A DNA stretch of 64,000 nt from an uncultured Pseudomonadales bacterium (GTDB lineage: Bacteria; Patescibacteriota; Microgenomatia; UBA1400; CAYNMC01), in NCBI GenBank assembly GCA_964398365.1, contig CAYNMC010000038.1, positions 25,727 to 89,726 of the forward strand. Reading direction: 5' to 3'. Numbering within the stretch: position 1 is the stretch's first letter; every line of letters starts with the position of its first letter. A program made the translations under genes and the position numbers. The notes beneath the pieces are model-generated. The model made no database searches. It saw only the letters and a list, made by a program, of their open reading frames with translations, and was not told where the DNA came from. This document shows positions 1 to 9,598 of the stretch, piece after piece.

Positions 1-1577
1 TGGTTAATTCCTGCAACCTTAATATCCATTTGTAAGGCAGTAATGCCATCGGCGGTGCCAGCCACCTTAAAATCCATATCGCCAAGATGATCTTCTTCGC
101 CTAAAATATCGGTTAAAATCACAAATTCTTTTTCATTTTCTTCTTTTTTATTTTTGGCGTTTTGATTAATAATTAAACCCATGGCAATACCGGCCACCGG
201 TTTCTTAATTGGCACACCAGCGTCCATTAAAGAAAGGGTTGAACCACAAACACTAGCCATCGAGGTTGAACCATTGGAAGAGGTAATCTCGGAAACTACT
301 CTGATTGTATAAGGAAATTTATCTTCTGGGGGAATCATTGGCTCCAAAGCTCTTTCAGCCAAAGCTCCATGACCGACTTCGCGCCTTGAAGGCCAACCCA
401 AACGGCCGGTCTCTCCTACGGAATAAGGCGGCATAAAATAGTGATGAATGTAACGTTTACTTGCCTCGCCTTCCATGGTCTCCAGTAATTGTTCTTCAGA
501 GGGTGAACCAAGCGTGGTAATTGTTAAAGCTTGAGTAGAACCACGTTGAAAAATGGCTGAACCATGAGTACGCGGTAAAATTCCCACTTCAATTTTAAGT
601 GGTCGGATCTCTTCGGGCCTTCGGCCATCAGGCCGTCTGGCCTGCTTTAAGATCTGCTCCCGGCTCAGCTTATGCCAAAGTTCAAAAATAATCTCGCCAA
701 TTAAACTGCTACCTTCCTCGTGTTTTTCTTTTAAAACTGCTTCAAGTTCCCAAAGCGGACTGGCATCTAATTTTCCCTGTCGCCCTTCCTTAAGAATTTT
801 TTCGATCACCGGCTTTGCTTCTTTTTGGATCGCCTTAATAAATTGTGGACTGGCTGTTTTGGGTAAATATTTTTGTTTAGGCTTACCCGCTTTTTTTACC
901 AAAATTTCAATTGTTTCAATAATCTTGCTGATTCTCTCTTGAGCAAAACCAAAGGCTTTACTCATTGCTTCCTCACTTACTTCCTTAGCACCAGCTTCAA
1001 CCATCACTACCGTGTTTTTCTTCCCAGAAATTATCAAATCCAAGTCTGAAAACTCACGTTCGGCATAAACAGGGTTGGCAAATAAATGACCATCTTTTAA
1101 GCCCACTCTTAAAGCCGCTACCGGTCCCTGCCAAGGAATATCAGAAATGGCCAAGGCCGCCGAAGCAGCCAGTAAGGCCGGAATATCCGGATCATTCTCA
1201 CCATCAACCGATAAAACCGTCACAATAATTTGCACTTCCCTGCGATAATCTTTGGGGAAAAGAGGACGCAAAGAACGATCAATCAAACGGGCTGTTAAAA
1301 TTGCCTCGTCAGAAGGTCTACCCTCTCTTTTAACCCAACGACTGCCTTTAATCTTACCACCGGCATACAGCTTTTCTTGATACTCCACACTTAAAGGAAA
1401 ATAATCCAACGACGTCTCTCTTTTTGAAGAAACGGCCGTCGCTAAAACAATCGTATCACCTAAACGTACTTCAACCGCCCCATTGGCTTGAGTTGCCAAT
1501 CTACCGCTTTGGAAAGTAAAGGTTTTACCGTCAACCGTAACTCTTTCAGTAATAATCTCTGGTCTCAACCCATCCAT
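1..1577 (-). CDS. pnp: polynucleotide phosphorylase (PNPase), first ~525 codons; 3' end runs off the left edge
   Basis: Manual translation of the minus strand from the ATG at 1577 gives MDGLRPEIITERVTVDGKTFTFQSGRLATQANGAV... and reaches ...GEEDHLGDMDFKVAGTADGITALQMDIKVAGI at the window edge, a hallmark PNPase motif. Lies directly downstream of rpsO. Absent from the ORF track because it is open at the edge. Confidence 0.93.
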   Translation of the reverse strand, partial: MDGLRPEIITERVTVDGKTFTFQSGRLATQANGAVEVRLGDTIVLATAVSSKRETSLDYFPLSVEYQEKLYAGGKIKGSRWVKREGRPSDEAILTARLIDRSLRPLFPKDYRREVQIIVTVLSVDGENDPDIPALLAASAALAISDIPWQGPVAALRVGLKDGHLFANPVYAEREFSDLDLIISGKKNTVVMVEAGAKEVSEEAMSKAFGFAQERISKIIETIEILVKKAGKPKQKYLPKTASPQFIKAIQKEAKPVIEKILKEGRQGKLDASPLWELEAVLKEKHEEGSSLIGEIIFELWHKLSREQILKQARRPDGRRPEEIRPLKIEVGILPRTHGSAIFQRGSTQALTITTLGSPSEEQLLETMEGEASKRYIHHYFMPPYSVGETGRLGWPSRREVGHGALAERALEPMIPPEDKFPYTIRVVSEITSSNGSTSMASVCGSTLSLMDAGVPIKKPVAGIAMGLIINQNAKNKKEENEKEFVILTDILGEEDHLGDMDFKVAGTADGITALQMDIKVAGIN

Positions 1578-1623
1578 ATAAATCAATTTATTAAAGAAGT
1601 AGAAAGAAAAAGATAGCCTCTTA

Positions 1624-1893
1624 TTACTTTTTTAATTTTAATTTTTTAATTAAATTTTGATAACGTTTTTTATCTTTCTCTGCTAAATAATTTAAAAGTC
1701 TTCGTCTTTTTGCCACCATACCCAATAAACCTCGACGAGAATGGGTATCCTTTTTATGGCTTTTTAAGTGTTCTGCCAATTTTTTGATTTGTGCTGTCAA
1801 CAAAGCCGTCTGCACTTCCGGGCTGCCGGTATCATTTTTGCAGATTGCGTATTCTTCAATAATTTTTTTCTTTTCTGCAACGCTTAAAGACAT
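1624..1893 (-). CDS. rpsO: 30S ribosomal protein S15
   Basis: 89 aa. [48 protein letters not shown] matches the conserved S15 helices. Canonical rpsO-pnp pairing. Confidence 0.95.
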   Translation of the reverse strand: MSLSVAEKKKIIEEYAICKNDTGSPEVQTALLTAQIKKLAEHLKSHKKDTHSRRGLLGMVAKRRRLLNYLAEKDKKRYQNLIKKLKLKK

Positions 1894-1940
1894 AAATTAA
1901 ATTTGATTTTATCAGATTTACTAACAAACTACAAGGATAA

Positions 1941-2324
1941 TTAATTAACTTTTTTAAATATTCCGTCTAAATGAAGATAATAAAGATTGATTTTTAAATC
2001 GGGGAACAAGGACAAAATTTTATTCCGCGCCTTTTTCAAATCCTGAAGATGACGTGCAAAACTGTCTTCCTTACCATAAGCACCACATTCCTCATGATGA
2101 ATTAAAATCACCTTCTTAATCTGATGGAGTTTTTTGGAAATTTCAATTTGTTTTAAAATTACGTCTAAGTCTCTAGTGGCACCGGCATAACCAATATAGT
2201 CGTATTTCTTTCCTTTCAGATTTTTATCGAGCCACGAACGAATATATTTTTGAAAACGAAAATCAATACAAGCAACCACTGCTGCCTCACAGCCATGTTG
2301 TTTCTGCTTTTTGGTTTTCTTCAT
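1941..2324 (-). CDS. small beta-carbonic-anhydrase-like protein (CxDxR / HxxC zinc-site pattern)
   Basis: Track ORF 1941..2519 trimmed to the internal ATG at 2324 (MKKTKKQKQH...), because the upstream 65 codons overlap the 3' end of the preceding gene. The 127-aa product contains CIDFR and HEECG, the Cys / Asp-x-Arg / His-x-x-Cys pattern of beta-class carbonic anhydrases. Family call is by motif only. Confidence 0.5.
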   Translation of the reverse strand: MKKTKKQKQHGCEAAVVACIDFRFQKYIRSWLDKNLKGKKYDYIGYAGATRDLDVILKQIEISKKLHQIKKVILIHHEECGAYGKEDSFARHLQDLKKARNKILSLFPDLKINLYYLHLDGIFKKVN

Positions 2325-2337
2325 TTTAAATTTATTT

Positions 2338-3483
2338 TTATACCTGACTTGAGCCTTTATAAATTTTGGGCTTGAGCCAATCCGGCGGTGCTGGTTCTGA
2401 CTCTTCGACAGTATCTTTTGGGGGCACCGCGCTTTTAACAACTTGTTTTCCAGCTTGATTAACCACCGACCCTCCAGTTTCACCGCTAAAAGCCTTTGAA
2501 GAAGAAGGTTTATTCTCAAAAGTAAATGGTGGTAAATTACTCGTCACTCCTGAATCCTCGGCTAAGCTTGCTGAAGTTTGGCTGTTTGCCGAAGAATAAT
2601 TTGCCTGAGGAAAATAATAAGATGGTAGGGGTATGTTTATTGGTTGATAAGTAGCGCCGCTAAAGGTTGGATCCTGACCAGACATTTCACTTGAAGAAGG
2701 ATAACTAAAAGGTTTTTTCTTTAAAACTTGAGGAGAGGAAACAGGTTGCATCTGTAAGCGTCGGCCGCCGGCATGCATTGCCCAGGCAATTAAATCAAAA
2801 GTCTCCGCCCGCGTTCTAAAATTAAAATTATTGGTGGCTGTTTCCATGCCTGCCAGAATATTGGTAGCAATATCAGGATTAACTGTCATATTTAAATTCT
2901 TGATCACCAAACCCGCCAATTCGCTACAAGAAGAACTTTGAGGATCAATAAAATTGGTCTTACCATAACCGCTATTAAAACGACTGATATCAAGATTGAG
3001 GCTTTCCGTCTCGGCAAAAAGTTTTTTTTCTTCTAAATAAAGCCGGCCAACTTCTTCGGGACGTTGACAACCAATGATTATCAGCATATCAGCCACTGCT
3101 CCGCTATATTTATAGGAAAGTTTTTGATAGTCTAGAGGTGGATAACCCTCTTTCGGTTGAATCACTAAGTTAAATTTTCCGTTGTTGATGTTGTAACTAA
3201 CTTTCTCAATAGAATCTTCAAGATATTCAAAAGAAATAACCAAATTCTGACCGCCAATTTGATTTTGGATTTTATCAACACCAATCAGTCTATTTAAGGC
3301 TACAGGAATGGGCTCTGAACAGACAATCGCCGCTCTTTTACCACTAGCTTTTAAAGAAAAATAAAGAGCCAAACCGGCAGCGGTAACATCAACCGAGGGA
3401 TTTACCGGCAGAAAAATCAAAATCTGTTTACTTTTAACCAAAAGCTTGCCAACTTTGCTAAAAATTTGAGGATCCATTTTCAT
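2338..3483 (-). CDS. DHH/DHHA1-like (NrnA-like) protein with degenerate catalytic motifs and a Ser/Pro-rich tail
   Basis: 381 aa, with a 4-nt ATGA overlap with infB. Length, position after infB and overall pattern resemble NrnA-type phosphoesterases. The motif positions read NPSVDVTAAG, IIIGCQRP, LDISRF and HAGGRR instead of DxD, D, DHH and GGGH. The C-terminal ~120 aa are low complexity. Confidence 0.55.
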   Translation of the reverse strand: MKMDPQIFSKVGKLLVKSKQILIFLPVNPSVDVTAAGLALYFSLKASGKRAAIVCSEPIPVALNRLIGVDKIQNQIGGQNLVISFEYLEDSIEKVSYNINNGKFNLVIQPKEGYPPLDYQKLSYKYSGAVADMLIIIGCQRPEEVGRLYLEEKKLFAETESLNLDISRFNSGYGKTNFIDPQSSSCSELAGLVIKNLNMTVNPDIATNILAGMETATNNFNFRTRAETFDLIAWAMHAGGRRLQMQPVSSPQVLKKKPFSYPSSSEMSGQDPTFSGATYQPINIPLPSYYFPQANYSSANSQTSASLAEDSGVTSNLPPFTFENKPSSSKAFSGETGGSVVNQAGKQVVKSAVPPKDTVEESEPAPPDWLKPKIYKGSSQV

Positions 3484-4958
3484 TCATAAATAACTTTATG
3501 AAATGATATTATATCATCTCCTATCTTAAAATCAACGTCAGGAACAAAAACTAAACCAACCTCATCGCCGGCTTTAACTGTTTTTACATCTTGTCGATTT
3601 TTCTGCATATTTTTAATCTTTGCCTCACCAATAAAATTTTCTGTACGCTTAAAACGTACCTGATCACCAAGATTTAAACTTCCCTTAACAACCCGACAAC
3701 CAGCAATGTGCGCCCCTTTAATTTTAAACTCTGCAATCACCGTGGCTTCACCTAAAATTGTTTCTTCAACCGTCGGTTCAATTAAATGTAAAACCTCTTT
3801 CTCAATATCTTCCAAAAGTTGATAAATAACTTGATAAGTTTTGACATTTACCTTTTCAAACTCCGCCAACTTCTTTACCGCTTGGGGGAAATTAACCCTA
3901 AAGGCTAAAATCGAAGCCTTTGCTGAAGCAGCCATCAACACATCAGATTCGCTCACATCGCCAAGCCCCTCGGAAATCAAAACTACTTCTTGAGGAAGAG
4001 AGCTTTTGATGGCTTCTAAACTGCCGTTAACATCTGCTTTTAAAATTAACTTGAAACATTTGTTTTTTTCTTTAATCTCCTCGATAACCGGCTTAAGTTT
4101 CTTGTGCGTAAAAGTAACTTTCTTTCGGTTAATAATCATTGAGTTGGAAAATTTAATCAAACTGCCTACTTCAGGTAATTCTTTAAAACCCAAAATTTCC
4201 ACTGGTTTTGCTGGTTCGGCTTCGCTCACTAAATAACCGTTTTCATCAAGCATGCTTTTGACTTTACCACCACTACCGCTCACAATAAAATCTCCGAGAT
4301 GAATTACACCTTTTTTGACAATGACCGTTGCCAGCGGGCCACGGCGGCAATCAAGTTTAGTCTCGATCACCACGGCTTCGGGCTGAACATTTAACTCTGC
4401 CTTCAACTCTTGAATTTCTGCCTGTAAAATAATCATTTCCAAAAGCTCGTCAACGCCCTTGCCTGTCTTTGCCGAGATGGGTACTAAAACTACCTGACCA
4501 CCGTAACCTTCTACCAAAACGCCTCTTTCTGCCAACTGAGCTTTAACTTTGTCAACAGAAGTCCCGGGTAAATCAATCTTGTTAGCAGCCACAATAAAAG
4601 GAATTTTGGCTTCTTCAAGAATCTGGAGTGATTCAAGAGTTTGAGGTTTAACTCCTTCGCTGGCATCAACTACCAAAACTGCTAAATCCGCAACTTTTAC
4701 ACCGCGACACCTAATTTTATTAAAAGCCGCGTGACCGGGAGTATCAATGAAGGTGATTGTTTTTCCCTGGCTTTTGAGTTTGATTTGGTAAGCACCAATA
4801 TGTTGGGTAATCCCTCCTGTTTCCGCTGCAGCCACATGGGTTTTGCGGATATAATCCAAAAGGGTAGTTTTCCCATGGTCAACATGGCCCAAGACACAAA
4901 CCACTGGGGGCCGAGAAATAAGAAAAGATTTAAGCTCACGCTTATTGCTTTTAACCAT
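3480..4958 (-). CDS. infB: translation initiation factor IF-2, short form (492 aa, no N-terminal extension)
   Basis: VLGHVDHGKTTLLD (G1), DTPGH (G3) and NKID (G4). The G domain starts near residue 20. nusA-infB gene order. Confidence 0.93.
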   Translation of the reverse strand: MVKSNKRELKSFLISRPPVVCVLGHVDHGKTTLLDYIRKTHVAAAETGGITQHIGAYQIKLKSQGKTITFIDTPGHAAFNKIRCRGVKVADLAVLVVDASEGVKPQTLESLQILEEAKIPFIVAANKIDLPGTSVDKVKAQLAERGVLVEGYGGQVVLVPISAKTGKGVDELLEMIILQAEIQELKAELNVQPEAVVIETKLDCRRGPLATVIVKKGVIHLGDFIVSGSGGKVKSMLDENGYLVSEAEPAKPVEILGFKELPEVGSLIKFSNSMIINRKKVTFTHKKLKPVIEEIKEKNKCFKLILKADVNGSLEAIKSSLPQEVVLISEGLGDVSESDVLMAASAKASILAFRVNFPQAVKKLAEFEKVNVKTYQVIYQLLEDIEKEVLHLIEPTVEETILGEATVIAEFKIKGAHIAGCRVVKGSLNLGDQVRFKRTENFIGEAKIKNMQKNRQDVKTVKAGDEVGLVFVPDVDFKIGDDIISFHKVIYE

Positions 4959-4974
4959 ATTTGTAAATGCAAGC

Positions 4975-6060
4975 TCATTTTGCTTCTTTAGCTTTAGTTT
5001 TGTTCTTGTTGCTTGTTTTCTGAATCACTTTTTTCTCTTTTGTCTTTTTGCTCTTAACCTTTTCCTTTTGCGTTTCAACCTGAGTTTTTTTTCCTTCCGG
5101 ACCAATGATATCAATTTTGTAACCCGTTAGTTTAGCCGCCAAACGAACGTTTTGGCCTTCTTTACCAATTGCCAAAGAAAGTTGATCCTCGTCAGCTGTC
5201 ACTAGAGCTGTTTTTTTCTCTTTATCTACATTAACTTTAAGGTGCTCTGCTGGTGATAAGGCAGCCGTAATAAACTTCACCGGATCTTCGCTATAAGGCA
5301 CAATGTCAAGTTTCTCACCCCCTAACTCTTCAATGACCGCACCCACTCTTACTCCTTTTTGACCAACACAAGAACCTACCGGATCTACACCTGGTTGTTT
5401 AGAGGCAACGGCGACTTTGGCGCGAATTCCCGGTTCGCGCGCCACCACCTTAATCTCCACCGCCCCTGAAGCCACTTCGGGCACTTCACGCTTAAATAAA
5501 GCGCTCACTAATTCCGGTGCCGCTCGGGAAATAATCACTTGTTTCCCTTTATTTGTCTCCCGAATTCCTGAAATATAAAAACTTAACCGACTATTCAAAC
5601 GATATTTCTCATGTGGAATTTGTTCGTGGGGCGGCATCACCCCCTGACCTCTACCAATATCACAAATGATATCTTGACCATCGAAACGCAAAATCATACC
5701 ATTAACTACGCCACCAACTTTTTTTTCGTACTCCGCCAGAATCACTGCTTTTTCTGCTTCCCTAATTTTTTGAATAATTACTTGTTTCGCAGTTTGAGCA
5801 GCAATGCGCCCAAAACCCGGCGGTGTTACTTCTTCCTTTTTCCCCTCGATAATTTTAAAAATTTTCGCACTGCCGCTTTCAGGAGAAACTTCTACCTCAT
5901 ATTCGGCATCTTCTTCTAATCCCTTATCTTTACGATAAGCCGCAAGAATGGCAGCTTTGATCGTCTCCATTACCGATTCCGCTGAAATCCCCCTTTCGTT
6001 ACAAATTTGATTTAAGGCTACGGCAAATTCGGTACGCAAAGTTAAACTTGGCATTTTCAT
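4975..6060 (-). CDS. nusA: transcription termination/antitermination factor NusA with Lys-rich C-terminal tail
   Basis: S1-like segment (GQDIICDIGRGQGVMP) and two KH GxxG motifs (VGQKGVRV, IGKEGQNVRLA). Start placed at ATG 6060 (MKMPSLT...); the track start at 6093 is an alternative. Confidence 0.9.
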   Translation of the reverse strand: MKMPSLTLRTEFAVALNQICNERGISAESVMETIKAAILAAYRKDKGLEEDAEYEVEVSPESGSAKIFKIIEGKKEEVTPPGFGRIAAQTAKQVIIQKIREAEKAVILAEYEKKVGGVVNGMILRFDGQDIICDIGRGQGVMPPHEQIPHEKYRLNSRLSFYISGIRETNKGKQVIISRAAPELVSALFKREVPEVASGAVEIKVVAREPGIRAKVAVASKQPGVDPVGSCVGQKGVRVGAVIEELGGEKLDIVPYSEDPVKFITAALSPAEHLKVNVDKEKKTALVTADEDQLSLAIGKEGQNVRLAAKLTGYKIDIIGPEGKKTQVETQKEKVKSKKTKEKKVIQKTSNKNKTKAKEAK

Positions 6061-6167
6061 CTCTTTAATGAAAAAGGTGGGAATTCCGCCCACCTTTCCA
6101 TTTTATTAAAATTCTTAGACTCTTATTATCCTAGCAAATTTTTGAGAAAAGTCAACGGTGAATTTAT

Positions 6168-7070
6168 TTAAAAATTAGCCTTAGCACCGCTAATCTTTTC
6201 AAATTCTTCCAGAAGCCGCCGTTGTTGGCCAGTTAATTTCTCGGGAATCTGAATCAGAAGACGAATGTATTGATCACCTTTATAAGGGGTGTTAGGACGG
6301 GGAAGCCCCTTGCCTCTAAGTCTAATCAAGGTGCCAGGTTGAGTCCCTGGTCTAATCTTGATTTTTAAAACGCCGTCTAAAGTTGGCACTTCTGTTTCCC
6401 CTCCCAGTGCTGCCAAGGTAAAGGGGATTCTTTTATCAACAAGGATATCTTGACCATCTCGTCGGAAAGTTTCATCGTTGGCTACTTCAATAGAAACATA
6501 AAAATCAGAAAATTTAATTCTGGTGCCGTCATCCACGCCGGCAGGAATCTTGATTTTTCTTGCTTTTCCTTGATGAACAATGGTTTTCGTACAACCCTTA
6601 GCGGCTTCCATAAAAGATAATTTAAGCGAATAACGGGTAAGTCGCTGACGCTGACGAAAGGGTGAGGCGCCGCCAAAAAAGGATTCAAAAACCTCAAAAG
6701 GATCAGAAAAGCCGCCAAAATCAAAACCCAAGTCTTCAAAGGGTGAACCGCCGCCAACATGAGTGTAGGTATAAGTAAAAGGTCCCTGCCGATAAGTCCG
6801 TGTAAAAGGTCCACCCTCAAAGCCCCCAAAACCAGCGGCGCCGGCTTCAAAAGCGGCATGACCAAATTGATCATAAGCTTCTCGCTTCTTGGGGTCAGAT
6901 AAAACTTCGTAAGCTTGGTTAATTTCCTTAAATTTCTCTGTCGCTTCAGGACTTTTATTTCGATCAGGATGCCAACGTAAAGCCAGCCGACGATAAGCCT
7001 GCTTTAGTTCCGCAGGCGAAGCATTCCTGTTCACTCCCAAAATATCATAATAATCCCTTTTAATTGCCAT
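6168..7070 (-). CDS. dnaJ: J-domain co-chaperone, DnaJ/CbpA-like, without the Cys-rich zinc-finger domain
   Basis: DYYDILGV...RWHPDRNK (HPD motif), a Gly/Phe-rich linker and C-terminal substrate-binding domains. No CxxCxGxG repeats anywhere. Last gene of the hrcA-grpE-dnaK-dnaJ cluster. Confidence 0.88.
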   Translation of the reverse strand: MAIKRDYYDILGVNRNASPAELKQAYRRLALRWHPDRNKSPEATEKFKEINQAYEVLSDPKKREAYDQFGHAAFEAGAAGFGGFEGGPFTRTYRQGPFTYTYTHVGGGSPFEDLGFDFGGFSDPFEVFESFFGGASPFRQRQRLTRYSLKLSFMEAAKGCTKTIVHQGKARKIKIPAGVDDGTRIKFSDFYVSIEVANDETFRRDGQDILVDKRIPFTLAALGGETEVPTLDGVLKIKIRPGTQPGTLIRLRGKGLPRPNTPYKGDQYIRLLIQIPEKLTGQQRRLLEEFEKISGAKANF

Positions 7071-7109
7071 AATTTTCTTTATTGTAAGCTAAAATCGTCT
7101 AAGCTTAAA

Positions 7110-7132
7110 GGCCTCGCTGCCAAAGCGAGGCC
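7110..7132 (-). terminator. GC-rich hairpin between dnaK and dnaJ (possible partial terminator/attenuator)
   Basis: GGCCTCGC-TGCCAAA-GCGAGGCC: a perfect 8-bp stem in the 93-nt dnaK-dnaJ spacer, followed on the minus strand by TTTAAGCTT. Confidence 0.45.
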
Positions 7133-7163
7133 AATCTTAAAATTTTAACTGCCAGTCTTAATT

Positions 7164-9074
7164 TTATTCGACGACTTCTCCTTCTTCGGCTTTACTTTTG
7201 TCTTCGGTTTTTTTCTTATGCTTTGCCGCTTTCTCCTTTGAATCTTCTGTTTTCCCTTGTTCTGGAGTGGTTCCAGCCTGCTGATAGAGCTTTTCGCCAA
7301 TCTTTTGTAGTTTTTCGGAAAGATCTTTCGTCGCCACTTCAATTGTTTCTTTAGTCACATCCTCTTTTTTCAGTAACTCTCTTACTTTTTTTACCTCCTC
7401 TTCAACTTCTTTTTTTTCTTCCTCTTGGATCTTATCGCCTGCTTCTTTCAGGGTTTTTTCTGCCACAAAACATAGGTTGTCGGCTTGATTTTTGGCTTCA
7501 ATGGTTTCTTTTTTAATTCTATCTTCTTCAAGATGTTTCTCTGCTTCGGCAGTCATCCGCGCTACTTCCTCTTTGGATAAACCAGTAGAACCCTGAATGG
7601 TAATTTTTTGTTCCTTACCTGTTGCTTTATCTTTGGCGGTAACGTTTAAAATCCCGTTGGCATCTAAATCAAAAGTTACTTCAATCTGGGGTACCCCTCT
7701 CGGCGCCGGGGGAATCCCATCCAAAATAAACCGGCCCAATGATTTGTTATCCGCTGCCATCGGCCGCTCACCCTGTAAAACATTAATTTCTACCTGAGTT
7801 TGATTATCGGCCGCGGTAGAAAAAATTTGGCTTTTGGCCGTCGGAATGGTAGTATTGCGACTAATCATCGGAGTAGCTACCCCTCCCAAAGTCTCAATAG
7901 ATAAAGTAAGCGGTGTCACATCCAAAAGAAGAATATCCTTAACCTCGCCTGTTAAAACTCCTCCCTGAATAGCGGCACCCACCGCCACCACTTCATCAGG
8001 ATTGACACTTCGATTTGGTTCTTTGCCAAAAAAATCCTTAACCGTTTGATAAACTTTAGGCATGCGTGTCATACCACCTACCATAACCACCTCATCAACA
8101 TCTTTAATGGTAATCTTGGCATCTTTTAGACAAGCCTTAACAGGTAAAATGGTTTTCTCAATTAAATCATCTACCAGTTGCTCCAATTTAGAGCGAGTCA
8201 ATTTCATGGTTAAATGTAAAGGTCCTTCTCGGCCCTGAGTAATAAAAGGTTGATTAATTTCCGTTTCCATCGAAGAAGAAAGTTCAATTTTTGCTTTTTC
8301 CGCTGCATCTCTAATTCTTTGCAAAGCCTGAGAGTCTTTTCTTAAATCAATCCCTTGCTCTTTTTTAAACTCATCAGCAATATAATCAACTAAGCGCTTA
8401 TCAAAATCATCACCGCCCAAATGGGTATTGCCGTTGGTTGCCTTTACTTCATAAACGCCTTCTCCTAGCTCTAAAATAGAAATGTCAAAAGTCCCCCCAC
8501 CTAAATCATAAACAGCAATAGTTTTTGCACCCTTTTTATCCAGTCCGTAGGCTAAAGCCGCTGCCGTGGGTTCATTGATAATCCGTTTTACTTTTAAACC
8601 TGCGATTTCTCCTGCTTCTTTGGTGGCATTACGTTGGGAATCATCAAAATAAGCCGGTACTGTGATCACTGCTTCAGTTACCTTTTCACCCAAATAAGCT
8701 TCGGCATCAGCCTTGGCTTTTTGAAGAATTTTGGCAGAAATTTCTTGAGGGGTATAAACTTTTCCTGCTACCTCGACACAGGCCAAACCTTTATTGTTAG
8801 CAACAATCTTATAAGGTAACCACTTAATATCTTCCTGAACACTTGGGTCTTTAAATCTTTTACCCATCAACCTTTTAATACTAAAAATGGTATTTTTGGG
8901 ATTTAAAACCATTTGACGTTTGGCTACGTCACCAACTAAGTTTTTGACTGGCTCAACCACCGAAGGAATAACATTGCGACCTTCGGCCGAATGAATAACT
9001 TTGGCTTTACCACCTTCCATCACGGCCACACAAGAATTGGTTGTTCCAAGATCAATACCAACAATTTTATTCAT
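7164..9074 (-). CDS. dnaK: molecular chaperone DnaK (Hsp70)
   Basis: [17 protein letters not shown] and VGGMTRMP motifs with an acidic C-terminus. Start moved to ATG 9074, which is preceded by GGAGG; the track start at 9080 is the GTG inside that ribosome-binding site. Confidence 0.97.
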   Translation of the reverse strand: MNKIVGIDLGTTNSCVAVMEGGKAKVIHSAEGRNVIPSVVEPVKNLVGDVAKRQMVLNPKNTIFSIKRLMGKRFKDPSVQEDIKWLPYKIVANNKGLACVEVAGKVYTPQEISAKILQKAKADAEAYLGEKVTEAVITVPAYFDDSQRNATKEAGEIAGLKVKRIINEPTAAALAYGLDKKGAKTIAVYDLGGGTFDISILELGEGVYEVKATNGNTHLGGDDFDKRLVDYIADEFKKEQGIDLRKDSQALQRIRDAAEKAKIELSSSMETEINQPFITQGREGPLHLTMKLTRSKLEQLVDDLIEKTILPVKACLKDAKITIKDVDEVVMVGGMTRMPKVYQTVKDFFGKEPNRSVNPDEVVAVGAAIQGGVLTGEVKDILLLDVTPLTLSIETLGGVATPMISRNTTIPTAKSQIFSTAADNQTQVEINVLQGERPMAADNKSLGRFILDGIPPAPRGVPQIEVTFDLDANGILNVTAKDKATGKEQKITIQGSTGLSKEEVARMTAEAEKHLEEDRIKKETIEAKNQADNLCFVAEKTLKEAGDKIQEEEKKEVEEEVKKVRELLKKEDVTKETIEVATKDLSEKLQKIGEKLYQQAGTTPEQGKTEDSKEKAAKHKKKTEDKSKAEEGEVVE

Positions 9075-9112
9075 AAACACCTCCTATAAAATTCCAAAAT
9101 TTAAATTATTTT

Positions 9113-9580
9113 CTAAGCCTTTTTACCTACCACCACTTTGGCGGGTCTCAACAATCGTCCTTTCAGCTTATAACCATTTTCCACAACTTTTAAGATTTGA
9201 TTTTCTTGACCAGCTTGAGTTTCAACACACTCCATCAAGTGGGCGTCAAATTTTGTCTTTCCTGCTTCAATAGGAATTACTTCAACTCCTTCTTCGTTTA
9301 AAATTTTTTTAAACTGATTAACGCTTAAATCTAATCCTTGGTCTTTTAAGTGGGCTGCAGTCTTTTCTAAATTAGAAAATAAAGGTAATAACTTTAAAAT
9401 CAAATCGCTGTTTGCCCACTCCAGCCATTCTTTTTTTTGTTCAGCCGTCTTTTTTTCTAAATTTTGATAATCTGCTAAAGCCCGTTTCCATTTATTGGTT
9501 AAATCTGCCACTTCAGTTTTTAATTTCTCAATTTCTGAATTTTCCTTTTGGTTTTTAATTTTGATTTTTGATTTTTGCAT
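9113..9580 (-). CDS. grpE: nucleotide exchange factor GrpE
   Basis: 155 aa. N-terminal coiled coil (DLTNKWKRALADYQNLEKK) and a C-terminal FDAHLMECVE segment matching the GrpE FDPxxHEA region. Operon context. Confidence 0.88.
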   Translation of the reverse strand: MQKSKIKIKNQKENSEIEKLKTEVADLTNKWKRALADYQNLEKKTAEQKKEWLEWANSDLILKLLPLFSNLEKTAAHLKDQGLDLSVNQFKKILNEEGVEVIPIEAGKTKFDAHLMECVETQAGQENQILKVVENGYKLKGRLLRPAKVVVGKKA

Positions 9581-9598
9581 TTTTATCTCCTGTTTTCT

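Noticed and set aside
1941-2519. Full 192-aa version of the track ORF
   Set aside because: The first 65 codons overlap the 3' end of the DHH-like gene in another frame and are Arg/Lys/Leu-rich filler. The internal ATG at 2324 leaves a 13-nt spacer.
6482-6874. 130-aa ORF inside dnaJ
   Set aside because: It is out of frame within the J-protein gene and has no independent support.
7145-7342. 65-aa Lys-rich ORF
   Set aside because: It is an alternative frame of the dnaK 3' end, where an acidic, Lys/Glu-rich tail produces open shadow frames.
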